64,000 nucleotides of DNA from an uncultured Pseudomonadota bacterium (GCA_963725905.1 CAVSAG010000002.1:1140514-1204513); one strand, 5' to 3'. Shown: positions 27,818 to 37,042, counted from the first letter of the stretch. A program made the numbers and translations. The notes: generated by a model not told the origin, from the letters alone.

Positions 27818-28792
27818 CTAGTGGCCGAAGTGCGCGATTGCTGCCACCAGGACGACCGCCGCGGGGACGGCCACCGCCAGCCACCAGGCCCGAGCCCACC
27901 CGGCGGGGACGGCCAGGGCGGCCAGCCGCTCGGTGACGACGGTCGCCGCGGTCGGGACAGGCACCGCCATCGCCATCGCGGGCCGGAAGGCCCAGGCGGC
28001 GAGGTCGGGGCGGCGCGCGATTTCGGCGGTTCCGTGCACGCGGCGGCGCGGGGGACGCGCCTCGACCAGGCGGACGTCGCGGGTCAGCCCCGCGGCGACG
28101 ACGACCGAAGGCAGCGGGTGCCCGCAGGGGGGCGGCAGCCTGGTGGGTGGGAGGCGAACCGGCGGCGGCGTGGTCGCCTCCGTCGGCTGCGCCTTGCCGT
28201 AGGGTTTCGTGCGGGCGCGCGGCTCGTCGTCGAGCGAGACGTCGAGCGCCAGCCGCGGGATGCCGTCGGCGGTGGCCGGGTCGACGGCGATCTTCCGGAT
28301 GGTCCCCGCCGCGGCGACCGCGCCCTCTTCGCCGAGGACGACGTCGACGCCGCCGTCGAGCCGCAGAAAGGGCAGGGTGGCGGTCAGTCGGACGAGCTGC
28401 TCGTCGACGTGCGCCTCGCAGCGGAGGGTCTGGTCGACACCGTTGATGCGCAGCTTGGCAGGCATCACCTGCTTGGTTCGCCCGGTGATCAGGCTCTGGA
28501 TCGCCGCCGCCGCGGCAGGCTTCAGCTCGCCGAAGGCGATCGCCAGCTCGAACCCTCCCGGTGCCGCGGTGACGCGCACGATCTTTCCGGCCACGGGGCG
28601 CGGTCCGTGCGGCAGCAAGAGATCGCATTTGATCTCCGTGCCGATCGGACAGGCCTCCGACGAGACGAGCGACAGACCGCTGGCACTGAGATCGACGCCG
28701 CGTCCGTTGAGACGCCCCTTGCCGTCGATCCGCGCCAGGCAGATCGCCTCGTCGTACGGGATGCGAGGCGAGACCCTCCGCAACTGCGTCAT
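27818..28792 (-). CDS. PilZ-domain protein with C-terminal membrane anchor
   Basis: ATG at 28792 has GAGG upstream. c-di-GMP motifs are RRVSPR (RxxxR) and DLSASGLSL (DxSxxG). A Pro-rich linker is followed by a C-terminal TM (WWLAVAVPAAVVLVAAIAHF). Confidence 0.65.
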   Translation of the reverse strand: MTQLRRVSPRIPYDEAICLARIDGKGRLNGRGVDLSASGLSLVSSEACPIGTEIKCDLLLPHGPRPVAGKIVRVTAAPGGFELAIAFGELKPAAAAAIQSLITGRTKQVMPAKLRINGVDQTLRCEAHVDEQLVRLTATLPFLRLDGGVDVVLGEEGAVAAAGTIRKIAVDPATADGIPRLALDVSLDDEPRARTKPYGKAQPTEATTPPPVRLPPTRLPPPCGHPLPSVVVAAGLTRDVRLVEARPPRRRVHGTAEIARRPDLAAWAFRPAMAMAVPVPTAATVVTERLAALAVPAGWARAWWLAVAVPAAVVLVAAIAHFGH

Positions 28793-28937
28793 GCGACCTC
28801 GAATTGATTGTGTCACGCGCGCCGCGCGATGAAAGACGTAAGCGCGCCCGCAGCGCATTTTTGGCGGATTTCTCGGCACACCGACGGAGATCTGTCCCGA
28901 TCAGCGTCGAGGTCGCTCAAGTAGGGAAGGGTGATCG

Positions 28938-29774
28938 CTACGGCTCGAGTGGAGGCGGCGCCTCCGGCCATGGCGGGAGCGGCGGAAGGCCGAGCGCCTC
29001 GCGGACGAGCGCGAACGACCGTCGGTGAACGGGGCAGGCGCCCAGCTTCTTGAGCGCGCGGGCGTGCGCCCCGACCGGATACCCCTTGTGCTGGGCGAAC
29101 CCGTAGCCGGGATACTCGCCGTCGAGCGCCCGCATGTGCGCGTCGCGCGCGGTCTTGGCCAGGATCGACGCCGCCGCGATCGAGAGGCTCTTGGCGTCGC
29201 CACCCACGATGCGATCCTGCGGCAGCGAGAGGCCCGGTAGCCGGCGGCCGTCGATGAGCAGGTGCTCGGCCGCGGGGGCGAGGGCCGAGATCGCCCGGCG
29301 CATGGCGGAGAGCCCGGCCCAGTAGATGTTGATCCGATCGATCTCGTCGACCTCGGCGAACGCGACCGCCCAGGCGACGGCGCGCTGCTTGATGATCGGC
29401 GCCAGTCGCTCGCGCGTCTCCGCGTCCAGGCGCTTCGAGTCGTCGACCTCCGGAATCCGCGTCCCCGGCGCCAGGATCACCGCCGCGGCGGCGACCGGGC
29501 CGGCCAGCGGGCTCATGCCGGCCTCGTCGACCCCCGCGATCCGGCTGAGGCCGGCGGTCCAGAGCACGGTCTCGTGCCGCAGCATCATCCGCAGGCGTTG
29601 CCCCTCGGCCCGGTTGTCACGCCGGCGGCGGGCGACCGCGTCGAGGATGGCGCGCGCACCGGCGCGCGGATCGGCGCCCAGCTCAGCCGCGATGGATGCC
29701 GGCAGCGGGCGCCCGCGGTCGACGTAGCGGGCGCGCAGCTCCGCGAGAGAGGCCGCAGGCGCCATCCTCGTCAC
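28938..29774 (-). CDS. rnhB: Ribonuclease HII (with ~70-aa N-terminal extension)
   Basis: ..[53 protein letters not shown].. is present. GTG at 29774 overlaps the upstream stop (GTGA). An alternative ATG lies at 29765. Confidence 0.9.
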   Translation of the reverse strand: MTRMAPAASLAELRARYVDRGRPLPASIAAELGADPRAGARAILDAVARRRRDNRAEGQRLRMMLRHETVLWTAGLSRIAGVDEAGMSPLAGPVAAAAVILAPGTRIPEVDDSKRLDAETRERLAPIIKQRAVAWAVAFAEVDEIDRINIYWAGLSAMRRAISALAPAAEHLLIDGRRLPGLSLPQDRIVGGDAKSLSIAAASILAKTARDAHMRALDGEYPGYGFAQHKGYPVGAHARALKKLGACPVHRRSFALVREALGLPPLPPWPEAPPPLEP

Positions 29775-30523
29775 GGCGGCAGGGCGGTGAGGGCGTCGCG
29801 CGCCTCCTGGGCGTGCGTGCCGAGCGGGGCCAGCTCGAGGTACTTGCGGAAGGCGTCGCGCGCCTCGGCCAGCCGACCGCTGTCGTGCTGGACCTTCCCG
29901 ACGACGACGTAGGCGTCGGCGGCGCCAGGATCGGTCCCGATGGCCAGGTGCGCGAGCTCAATCGCCTCGCCCGATCGCCCGGCCCCGAGCGCGGTCTCGG
30001 CCCGCTTGGTGAGCACGCTGGCCGGCTCGGCCGTGGGGGCCTCGACCGGGGATGCGTGCCGGGCGGCTTGCCCGTGGAGCAGCATCGCGACGGCGAAGGC
30101 CACGACTGCGGCGCCCCCGATGACCGCCACGGTGCGCTTGCGGCCCGCGACGGGGGCGCGCGGATCGTAGACCGGACCGGTGGCTGGATCGCCCTCGCGC
30201 GGCTCGAGCGCCTGCTCGCCGTCGACCAGCCAGTGCAGCGTCGACTCCGATAGACCCATCTCCTGCTTGGGCTCGGAGGCCTTCTCTTCCCAGCCCGCCG
30301 CCTCGGCCGGCTTGGTCAGGATCGGCTCCTCGGCGGGCGCCGCTGACGGCGCCGCCTTCTCTGTTTCGTTGGCTTCGTTGGTCTCGTTGGTGGGCTCCTG
30401 CGCGGCCGCGGCCGCGGGTGGCTCCTCGGGGCGCGCCTCGACCGGTGGCCAGGCGGGCTCACTGGCCTCAGCGCCCGTCGTTACCGTCTCTTCAGATGGC
30501 CGCGTGTCGTCCGAGCTCGGCAT
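29771..30523 (-). CDS. Membrane-anchored protein with acidic/Pro-rich N-terminus and a TPR-like C-terminal domain
   Basis: One TM ([19 protein letters not shown]). The C-terminus ..[49 protein letters not shown].. is TPR-like. No clear SD. Confidence 0.55.
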   Translation of the reverse strand: MPSSDDTRPSEETVTTGAEASEPAWPPVEARPEEPPAAAAAQEPTNETNEANETEKAAPSAAPAEEPILTKPAEAAGWEEKASEPKQEMGLSESTLHWLVDGEQALEPREGDPATGPVYDPRAPVAGRKRTVAVIGGAAVVAFAVAMLLHGQAARHASPVEAPTAEPASVLTKRAETALGAGRSGEAIELAHLAIGTDPGAADAYVVVGKVQHDSGRLAEARDAFRKYLELAPLGTHAQEARDALTALPP

Positions 30524-30544
30524 AACTGATGGAGCTGAAGACTA

Positions 30545-30562
30545 GTGCATTCTGGAATGCAC
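30545..30562. promoter_or_regulatory. Perfect 8-bp inverted repeat (GTGCATTC-TG-GAATGCAC), candidate operator in a divergent promoter region
   Basis: It lies in the locally AT-richer 94-nt gap between the divergent starts at 30523 (-) and 30618 (+). Confidence 0.35.
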
Positions 30563-30617
30563 GTCAGGAAAATCCCGCAGCGCGTTCGCCAGTTCCCATC
30601 TGTTAACATCGCCGGAG

Positions 30618-31511
30618 ATGGCGATGACCGTCGACGACACCACGCTCGAGCGACAACCGACCATGGAGCCGCCGGCGGCTCCCCGGGGGCCAAGTGCCTA
30701 CCTCCTGGTGATCGCGGGGCCGAGCTTCGGGGAGATGCACCGGCTGCAGGGGAAGCGGGCGGTGATTGGCCGGTCGGACACAGCGGCGATCCGGCTGCTC
30801 GACGACGGAATCTCGCGCGAGCACGCCGCCATCGAGCGCGACGGGGGAAAGAACGTGCTCGTGGATCTCGGTTCCACCAACGGGACCTTCTGCAACGGCG
30901 AGCGGATCAAGCGCCACGAGCTGGTCGACGGTGACAAGATCTCCGTCGGCGCGTCGACCATCTTCAAGTTCACTTACCAGGACCAGGTCGACGAGAGGTA
31001 CCAGAAGCGGCTGTTCGAGTCGGCGCTGCGCGACGGGCTGACGGCGACGTTCAACCGGCGGTACTTCGTCGACCGGCTGAACACCGAGATGCGGTTCGCC
31101 TCCCGCCACGACAAGGCGCTGGCGCTGCTGTTCGTGGACATCGACTACTTCAAGAAGATCAACGACGGGTTCGGGCACCTGGCCGGGGACCGCGTGCTGG
31201 CGGCGGTCGCCCGGGAGCTGACCGCCACCATCCGGGCCGAGGACGTGCTGGCTCGCTACGGCGGCGAGGAGTTCGCCATCATCTGCCGCGAGATCGAGAA
31301 GGAGGGGGCGCTGGCGCTGGGCGAGAGGCTGCGGGCCGCCGTCGAGCGCGCGCGCTTCGAGCACGAGGGGCGGGTCATCCCGGTCACCATCAGCGTCGGC
31401 GCCGCGGTGGCGCACAAGCCGCAGCAGGTCCAGCCGCTGATCGCCGCCGCCGACGCCGCGATGTACGAAGCCAAGCGCGCCGGCCGCAACCGCGTCCAGT
31501 TTCATACCTGA
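30618..31511 (+). CDS. FHA-domain diguanylate cyclase (FHA-GGDEF)
   Basis: FHA: ..VIGRSDTAAIRLLDDGISREHAAI..LGSTNGTFCNGERI... GGDEF: ..FKKINDGFGHLAGD..RYGGEEF.., with an RAED I-site five residues upstream of GGEEF. SD spacing favours ATG 30624 over 30618. Confidence 0.9.
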   Translation: MAMTVDDTTLERQPTMEPPAAPRGPSAYLLVIAGPSFGEMHRLQGKRAVIGRSDTAAIRLLDDGISREHAAIERDGGKNVLVDLGSTNGTFCNGERIKRHELVDGDKISVGASTIFKFTYQDQVDERYQKRLFESALRDGLTATFNRRYFVDRLNTEMRFASRHDKALALLFVDIDYFKKINDGFGHLAGDRVLAAVARELTATIRAEDVLARYGGEEFAIICREIEKEGALALGERLRAAVERARFEHEGRVIPVTISVGAAVAHKPQQVQPLIAAADAAMYEAKRAGRNRVQFHT

Positions 31512-31566
31512 GCAGCGGAACGATCTTTTCGCCTGCGGGCGGGGTCGTTGGTATGGTGACCTCCGG

Positions 31567-33744
31567 ATGACGGGACGTCCTCGTCGCGGGCTCGCGATCT
31601 TCATCGCCACCTTGGGCCTGGTCGCCGCCTTCAGCTGTCGCGAGTCGGCCGGCCTGCACGGCGAAAATGCGCCCGCCAGCAACGTGGGCGCGCCGGCGGC
31701 CGCGGGCGGGTCCGGGGCGCGCCGTGCGCCGCGCGGGCCGGTCTCCGAGGCCGAGGCGCTCAAGCCTCTGCCGAACCTGCCGCCGGCGGATCGGGCGCTG
31801 GTCGTTATCGGGGCCGAGCCGGCTCAGTCGGCGCCGCCGGGCCAACCGGCGCCGCCGGCGCAGCCAGGACAGCCGGCGCAGCCAGGACAGCCGGCGAAGC
31901 CAGGACAGCCGGCGAAGCCAGGACAGCCGGCGAAGCCAGGAGAAGAGCGCTGGGTCGACGCCGAGGCGATCGAATCGGCCGGCTACACGCTGGTCGATCT
32001 CTCGGACAACTGGACTCCGTACATCTTCGCCGAGCAGACCGGCCCCGACGGGCAGCCGCTCCCCAACCGCTATCGGCGGATCTTCGTTGGCCTCGCCAAC
32101 GACCAGCTCGACGAGGACGGCGAGGCGCTCGAGCCGGGCGCCAAGAACTACCTCGAGCTCTACGGCATCTTCCCCTCGCTGTCGGTGCTGCGCGCGCGGT
32201 TCCTCGACGACGACCAGCACCCGTGCCACGACCAGGAGAGCGCCGACGCGCTGGACGCGGTCGAGACGGTCACCTACGTGGCGCCGGCCGACGTCAAGAA
32301 GGACGAGCGCCACCTCCTGCGTCTCCGGACCGAGCTGGAAGAGGCGCGCCGGAAGGCGCACGCGGTGACGCTCGACGATCTGGCGGCGAAGCAGCCGGCG
32401 TTCGCCACCAAGGTGAAGTACGTCGAGAAGCGCGCCGCCGAGAAGCCAGCGATGACCGCGGTCGAGAAGCGCCTCACCTGCGAGGGCCTCCTGGGCGCGC
32501 CGGGCCGTACCGCGCACCACCAGGCCGGCGTCTACGACGACGCCATGCGGATCGCCGTCCGCCGCTTCCAGCAGAAGCACATGATCTACGAGGCCAACTT
32601 CCTGCGCCGCAAGACGGTCGAGGCGCTGTCGCGGTCGCTGCTCGACAACGACTACGACGCGCTGGTGCGGGCCATGCGCGAGCGGGTGGTGTCGGCCGCC
32701 GGGATCCTCGAGGACGGCTCGACGTCGAAGGTGCAGAACCTGGTCGAGGCGGACACCAAGCTCGTGCTCGACCAGCTGGGCCTCGGCGACGCCGCCTCGG
32801 CGCTCGCCTTCTTCAAGCGGCACGGCAAGGATGAGCTCAAGACGCTGCGCGCGGCGGTCAAGCTGCCGGCGCGCCCCGACTACTATTCGCCCGACATGGA
32901 CCTCCAGATCGTCGTAGATCGCGGCGACGTCTGGTACGAGGTCCCGTTCGACGCCCAGGGACACTACAAGCCGCAGCCGCGCAAGAAGTACCCGTCGCTG
33001 ACGCTGTACACGAAGGTGAATGGCAAGCTCCTGGCGCTGGCCCGCTGGCGCACGACCATCGGCGGCTGGCGCGCCGACCAGGCCGCCAACGGCTACGAAT
33101 ACTTCCGCTACAAGGGATCCGACGTCGGCCCGCGCGTGATCCGCCACGTCGTCTCGGGGCCGGTCTGGATCGCGCCGGCCTCGACGCCGATCCGTTCATT
33201 GGTCAAAGGCAAGATCGTCAACGGCAAGTGGATGTCGGTCGTCAACTACGACGAGCTCGGCCCCGGGTACCTCTCGGCCTACGGCCTCATCGCCGGCTAC
33301 TTCGTCGTCCCCGGCCAGAACGGCCGCAACGACTTCGACAACGGCGTGCGCGCGCACGGCTCGTCGGACTACCTGTCGATCTACAGCTCCAACGGCTACT
33401 CGCACGGCTGCCACCGCCTGCCCAACCACCTGGCGATCCGCCTCTACTCCTTCATCCTCAAGCACCGCCACATGAAGGTGTCGGGTGACCAGCCGATGGG
33501 CTTCACGCGCCAGTTCCTCTGGAAGAACACCGTCTACGAGATGCGCATCCCGTCGCGTGGCTACCTCTACGAGCTCGACCCGCCGGTCTCCGTCAACGTC
33601 CTCGAGGGGAACATCATGGGCGACCTCAAGAAGCCGATCCTCGAATACGTCCCCGAGCCCTGGAACAAGTACCCGCCCGGCCCGCCGCCGCCGGCGCCCC
33701 AGAACGGCGACAAGGCCGGAGGAGGCAGCTGTTGCGGCGAGTAG
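31567..33744 (+). CDS. Large lipoprotein, L,D-transpeptidase (YkuD/YcbB-like) family with a PG-binding-like segment
   Basis: Lipobox VAAFSC and a PGQPA(K/Q) repeat. ..YDDAMRIAVRRFQQKHMI.. is PG_binding-like. The catalytic-type motif is ..AHGSSDYLSIYSSNGYSHGCHRL.. (HG..SxGC(H/I)R). Confidence 0.7.
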   Translation: MTGRPRRGLAIFIATLGLVAAFSCRESAGLHGENAPASNVGAPAAAGGSGARRAPRGPVSEAEALKPLPNLPPADRALVVIGAEPAQSAPPGQPAPPAQPGQPAQPGQPAKPGQPAKPGQPAKPGEERWVDAEAIESAGYTLVDLSDNWTPYIFAEQTGPDGQPLPNRYRRIFVGLANDQLDEDGEALEPGAKNYLELYGIFPSLSVLRARFLDDDQHPCHDQESADALDAVETVTYVAPADVKKDERHLLRLRTELEEARRKAHAVTLDDLAAKQPAFATKVKYVEKRAAEKPAMTAVEKRLTCEGLLGAPGRTAHHQAGVYDDAMRIAVRRFQQKHMIYEANFLRRKTVEALSRSLLDNDYDALVRAMRERVVSAAGILEDGSTSKVQNLVEADTKLVLDQLGLGDAASALAFFKRHGKDELKTLRAAVKLPARPDYYSPDMDLQIVVDRGDVWYEVPFDAQGHYKPQPRKKYPSLTLYTKVNGKLLALARWRTTIGGWRADQAANGYEYFRYKGSDVGPRVIRHVVSGPVWIAPASTPIRSLVKGKIVNGKWMSVVNYDELGPGYLSAYGLIAGYFVVPGQNGRNDFDNGVRAHGSSDYLSIYSSNGYSHGCHRLPNHLAIRLYSFILKHRHMKVSGDQPMGFTRQFLWKNTVYEMRIPSRGYLYELDPPVSVNVLEGNIMGDLKKPILEYVPEPWNKYPPGPPPPAPQNGDKAGGGSCCGE
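31864..31935 (+). repeat. 18-bp tandem repeat x4 (CCAGGACAGCCGGCG[C/A]AG) encoding PGQPA(Q/K)
   Basis: Units at 31864, 31882, 31900 and 31918. The last three are identical. Degenerate copies flank the tract. Confidence 0.85.
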
Positions 33745-34211
33745 CTGCACGCTGGTCGGGCGCCGCGATCCTCGCCGGCTTGGTGGCGTTCGCGCTGGCG
33801 CCGTTCGCGCTCTACGCCGCGTCCGACGGCGGCGCCGCGCCCGCGCAGGGCGCCCCGGTCGTCGCACCCCCGCCAGCCGCCCCGCCGTCGGAGACCGTGC
33901 GCATCGTCTTCACCATCGTCCCCAACACCAAGAAGGCGATGGTCTTCTGGGGGAAGAAGCGCCTCGGCATCGTCGCCCCGCACGCGCCGCTCATCGTCAC
34001 CCGCCCGCGCGACTCCGGTCCGCTCGACGTCGTCGTCAAGTCCGACGGCTTCGTCACCGTCCAGACGCGCGCCTACACCTTCGCCGATAGCAAGATCTCC
34101 GTGAAGCTCACCAAGCTCGAGGAGAAGAACACCCTCCTCGGCTACCGCGAGGAGCTCCCTCCCGACGGCGGCGCGCCCCCCGGCGGCGCGCCCGACGGCG
34201 GGTTGCCGTAG
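33732..34211 (+). CDS. Secreted/anchored PEGA-like domain protein
   Basis: TTG start with GGAGG 6 nt upstream; it overlaps the upstream gene by 13 nt. Hydrophobic N-terminus AAILAGLVAFALAPFALYAA. ..VRIVFTIVPNTKKAMVFWGKKRLG..LDVVVKSDGFVTVQTRAY.. fits a PEGA beta-sandwich pattern. Confidence 0.5.
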   Translation: MRRVAARWSGAAILAGLVAFALAPFALYAASDGGAAPAQGAPVVAPPPAAPPSETVRIVFTIVPNTKKAMVFWGKKRLGIVAPHAPLIVTRPRDSGPLDVVVKSDGFVTVQTRAYTFADSKISVKLTKLEEKNTLLGYREELPPDGGAPPGGAPDGGLP

Positions 34212-34249
34212 CGAGGCGCGGGCAGCCTGCCGGTGGTAAGATCACGGGC

Positions 34250-34795
34250 ATGGGGCCGGCGGCCGCAGCACCGTTCGTTTCCGAGGCTGAGTTCCTCAGC
34301 CTGCCGGAGTCGAAGCAGAAGACCGAGCTGGTCGACGGAGAGGTGATCGTGTCGCCAAGCCCTTCGTACTGGCACCAGGAGATCCTGTCGCGGCTGGTGG
34401 GCGCGCTGCGGGGATGGGCTTCTGGTCAGCCTTCGCCGGTCACGGTCGCGCAGGCGCCACTCGACGTTCGTTTCGCGCCTGACCGCATCCTGCAGCCCGA
34501 TGCGATGGTCTTCCTGACGCGCCTGTCGCGCGATCAGCAGGGTCCGATCGATCGAATTCCGGACATCTGCGTCGAGGTTCTGTCGTCCGATCGGGCCTAC
34601 GATCGCATCACCAAGCGTCTGCTCTACGCCGCGGCCGGAGTTCCGGAGTACTGGGTCGTGGACCCCAACGCCTTCGTCGAGCGCTGGACCGGTCCCGGCC
34701 TCACGCGCGAGGAGCTCCTGCGCGAGGTGCTGGTAACGGATCGCCTCTCTGGCTTCTCGCTCGACCTGCCTCCTCTGTTCGCCGACGTCAAATAG
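34250..34795 (+). CDS. Uma2-family (DUF820) restriction-endonuclease-fold protein
   Basis: ..FLSLPESKQKTELVDGEVIVSPSPSYWHQEI..QPDAMVFL..PDICVEVLSS..D...K...YA.AGVPEYWVVDP.. is the typical Uma2 block order. Confidence 0.85.
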   Translation: MGPAAAAPFVSEAEFLSLPESKQKTELVDGEVIVSPSPSYWHQEILSRLVGALRGWASGQPSPVTVAQAPLDVRFAPDRILQPDAMVFLTRLSRDQQGPIDRIPDICVEVLSSDRAYDRITKRLLYAAAGVPEYWVVDPNAFVERWTGPGLTREELLREVLVTDRLSGFSLDLPPLFADVK

Positions 34796-34844
34796 GGAAG
34801 CGACGCCGCTCTCCCACATGGCATCCAGCCGATTCCGCGATGCC

Positions 34845-35321
34845 CTAGCGAACTTGGGCCCGCGCCTCAGAGGTCATAGCTTCGGTCGGCGCCGCTCGTT
34901 GTCGCCGCCCGTCGATGCGTATTAGCCACAAGGCAACGACACTCAAAAAGGCGAATACCGCCAGAGGCGTGAGCACCGCGTTCAGAATCCGTTTTCGGTT
35001 GACCGGAAGAGGCACGCCGTCCGGTTCGAACTCGCTATACATGCGATCGACGATGGGATCGCCCTTCACTGACCAGTACACCGAGAGAACACCCGCTACG
35101 CCTGCGAAGACACCCCCAATCCACCATCTGGTCAAGTTGCTGATCGGCGGCATGACGTGCCCACCCCGGACACAAAATCCCAATAAGGCCAAGTCCGCTA
35201 ACCACACCAAAAGCAGCCCCATGATTAGGTAGTCGCTGCTCGACGACCTTCGAACGCCAAAGCGCTTCCACTTTCGATCGGCGCAGTAGTAGGTGTAGCG
35301 GAGGTTTCTAAAAATGTTCAT
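34845..35321 (-). CDS. 3-TM membrane protein, unknown family (paralog B of a tandem pair)
   Basis: ATG at 35321. MNIFRNLRYTYYCADRKWKRFG.. and three hydrophobic helices. It shares blocks LRY.xYCADRxWxRxG and WSVKG..IVD.MY..FEPDGVPLP.N.KR with 35392..35823. Locally low GC. Confidence 0.6.
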   Translation of the reverse strand: MNIFRNLRYTYYCADRKWKRFGVRRSSSSDYLIMGLLLVWLADLALLGFCVRGGHVMPPISNLTRWWIGGVFAGVAGVLSVYWSVKGDPIVDRMYSEFEPDGVPLPVNRKRILNAVLTPLAVFAFLSVVALWLIRIDGRRQRAAPTEAMTSEARAQVR

Positions 35322-35391
35322 TTGAGAATTCTTCGCGCCACAAGCTGGCCTGTTAGCCGAGGATGTGTTCGACCAGCGGCTCCCTTGCGGA

Positions 35392-35823
35392 TCAGCAGTG
35401 CGCGCTGAAGCACCCAACCCGATGGTACTGCCACGCCGCAACTATCGTTCCCAGCACGACGAAGGTCAGAACTGGCGCAAGGACAGTAGTGAGCACTCGC
35501 TTCCAGTTGATTGGAAGCGGCACACCGTCTGGCTCGAAATCGCGATACATCTGATCGACGATCCGGGCTCCTTTCACGGACCACCATATGGAACCAAGCC
35601 CGCCGATGGCGCCTCCAATGCAACAGAACACCCACTTTGTGATGCCTCGAGGCATGGGCGTGCCGGGACCGCCACGAGCACAGACCCACAACATTCCTAG
35701 GTCGGCAGCCCACAATCCGACCAACGCCAAGATCAAATACGCGGTCCCGGGTGAATTTCGAATGCCGTAGCGTCTCCATCTACGATCGGCGCAGTAGAAG
35801 ACATATCGGAGGTCGCGCAGCAC
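35392..35823 (-). CDS. 3-TM membrane protein, unknown family (paralog A of a tandem pair)
   Basis: GTG at 35823, 7 nt after the stop of the ATPase gene. By eye, roughly half the positions are identical to paralog B. Low GC relative to the flanks. Confidence 0.6.
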   Translation of the reverse strand: MLRDLRYVFYCADRRWRRYGIRNSPGTAYLILALVGLWAADLGMLWVCARGGPGTPMPRGITKWVFCCIGGAIGGLGSIWWSVKGARIVDQMYRDFEPDGVPLPINWKRVLTTVLAPVLTFVVLGTIVAAWQYHRVGCFSAHC

Positions 35824-35830
35824 GCGTCCG

Positions 35831-37009
35831 CTAGTGTAACGCTTCGACGAGATCGAGGACGCCGACTGCGCGGGCGCGGGAGGGATCGTCGAGGAGGTGG
35901 GGCCGCGAGGTTCGGCAGGCGATGAAGGCCGCGTCGAGCGTCTCGGGGCCGTAGAATGACGCCAAAGCGGCGAAGCCGCGCGCGTCGGCGCGGCCGGGGG
36001 CTTCGGTCAGCTTGCACTCGATTGCGGTGAATCGTCCGCCGCGTTCCAAGAGGAGATCGACCTCGTCGCCGGTTCCGGTCCGCCAGAACCAGAGAGGCGG
36101 GCGTTCGCGCGCGACTTGGAATTTGCGAATGACCTGTCCGACCACGAACGTCTCCCAAAGGGCGCCGGCGAGAGGCGAGCGGAGCAAAGTCTTCACGTCG
36201 TCGATGCCGCAGAGGTAGCAGGCGAGGCCGGTGTCCATGAAGTAGAGCTTGGGAGCCTTGACGAGGCGCTTGCCGAGGCTGCGGTGGTAGGGCTCGAGGA
36301 GGTGGATCTGGCCGGAGATCTCCAGGACCGAGAGCCAGGACTTGGCCGTGTTGGGCGCGACTCCCACGTCGCGGGCGAGCTCCGCGTAGGAGAGCAGCTG
36401 ACCGGTGCGCAAGGCGGCGGCGCGGAGAAAGCGATCGAAGTCGCGCAGGTCGCCGACGCCGCGGGCGTTGCGAACGTCCCGTTCGAGGTAGGTACCGAGG
36501 TAGCTGGCGTAGAAGTCGCCGATCCGTTCGAAGTCGCCGGTGTGCAGCTGCGGGTACCCGCCGCGGACCAGCATCTCTAGGTCGCTGAGGCGCGGCTCGG
36601 CCGCCCGCGCCTCGGAGAACGCGAGCGAGCTCATCTCGAGGACGCCGCAACGGCCCGCCAGGCTCTCGGTCACGTTTTGCATGAGCGCGAACGTCTGCGA
36701 GCCGGTGAGCAGGAACCGCCCCGGCCGGCGGTCGGCGTCGATGCGCTTCTTGAGCGGGCGAAACAGAGCCGGGACGTACTGGATCTCGTCGAGGATGACC
36801 GGCTCGCGCAGGCCCGCGAAGAGCTGATCGGGCTGCGTCTCGGCCTGACGGGCGAGGGCAGGGTCGTCGAACGTCAGGTACTCGTGCTTTGGATATTGGT
36901 GCCTCAGCAACGCGGTCTTGCCGACCTGGCGTGGCCCGGTGACCAGGACCGCGGGAAAGGACTTCGCCAGGGCCGCCACGGCCGGCCCCCACTCCCGTGC
37001 AATCCACAT
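35831..37009 (-). CDS. AAA+ ATPase of the AAA_14/DUF4143 type
   Basis: Walker A is VTGPRQVGKT and Walker B-like is VILDEIQ. ..LLTGSQ.. is present. The C-terminus ..LYFMDTGLACYL.. and ..EVDLLLERGGRFTAIECK.. is typical of the DUF4143 nuclease-fold tail. ATG at 37009 (TTG at 37024 is also possible). Confidence 0.85.
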   Translation of the reverse strand: MWIAREWGPAVAALAKSFPAVLVTGPRQVGKTALLRHQYPKHEYLTFDDPALARQAETQPDQLFAGLREPVILDEIQYVPALFRPLKKRIDADRRPGRFLLTGSQTFALMQNVTESLAGRCGVLEMSSLAFSEARAAEPRLSDLEMLVRGGYPQLHTGDFERIGDFYASYLGTYLERDVRNARGVGDLRDFDRFLRAAALRTGQLLSYAELARDVGVAPNTAKSWLSVLEISGQIHLLEPYHRSLGKRLVKAPKLYFMDTGLACYLCGIDDVKTLLRSPLAGALWETFVVGQVIRKFQVARERPPLWFWRTGTGDEVDLLLERGGRFTAIECKLTEAPGRADARGFAALASFYGPETLDAAFIACRTSRPHLLDDPSRARAVGVLDLVEALH

Positions 37010-37019
37010 GCAGTAATTA

Positions 37020-37042
37020 TGCAATTGGAGTGCACAATTGCA
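37020..37042. promoter_or_regulatory. 8-bp inverted repeat TGCAATTG-N7-CAATTGCA, candidate operator
   Basis: It lies in the AT-richer divergent region between the ATPase start (37009, -) and the lipoprotein gene (37163, +). Each arm contains CAATTG. Confidence 0.35.

Noticed and set aside
37024-37042. Sigma-54-like TTGGAGTGCACAATTGCA in the ATPase / lipoprotein divergent region.
   Set aside because: GG to GC spacing is one nt too long and the -24 element is TGGAGT rather than TGGCAC. I kept it only as an inverted repeat.
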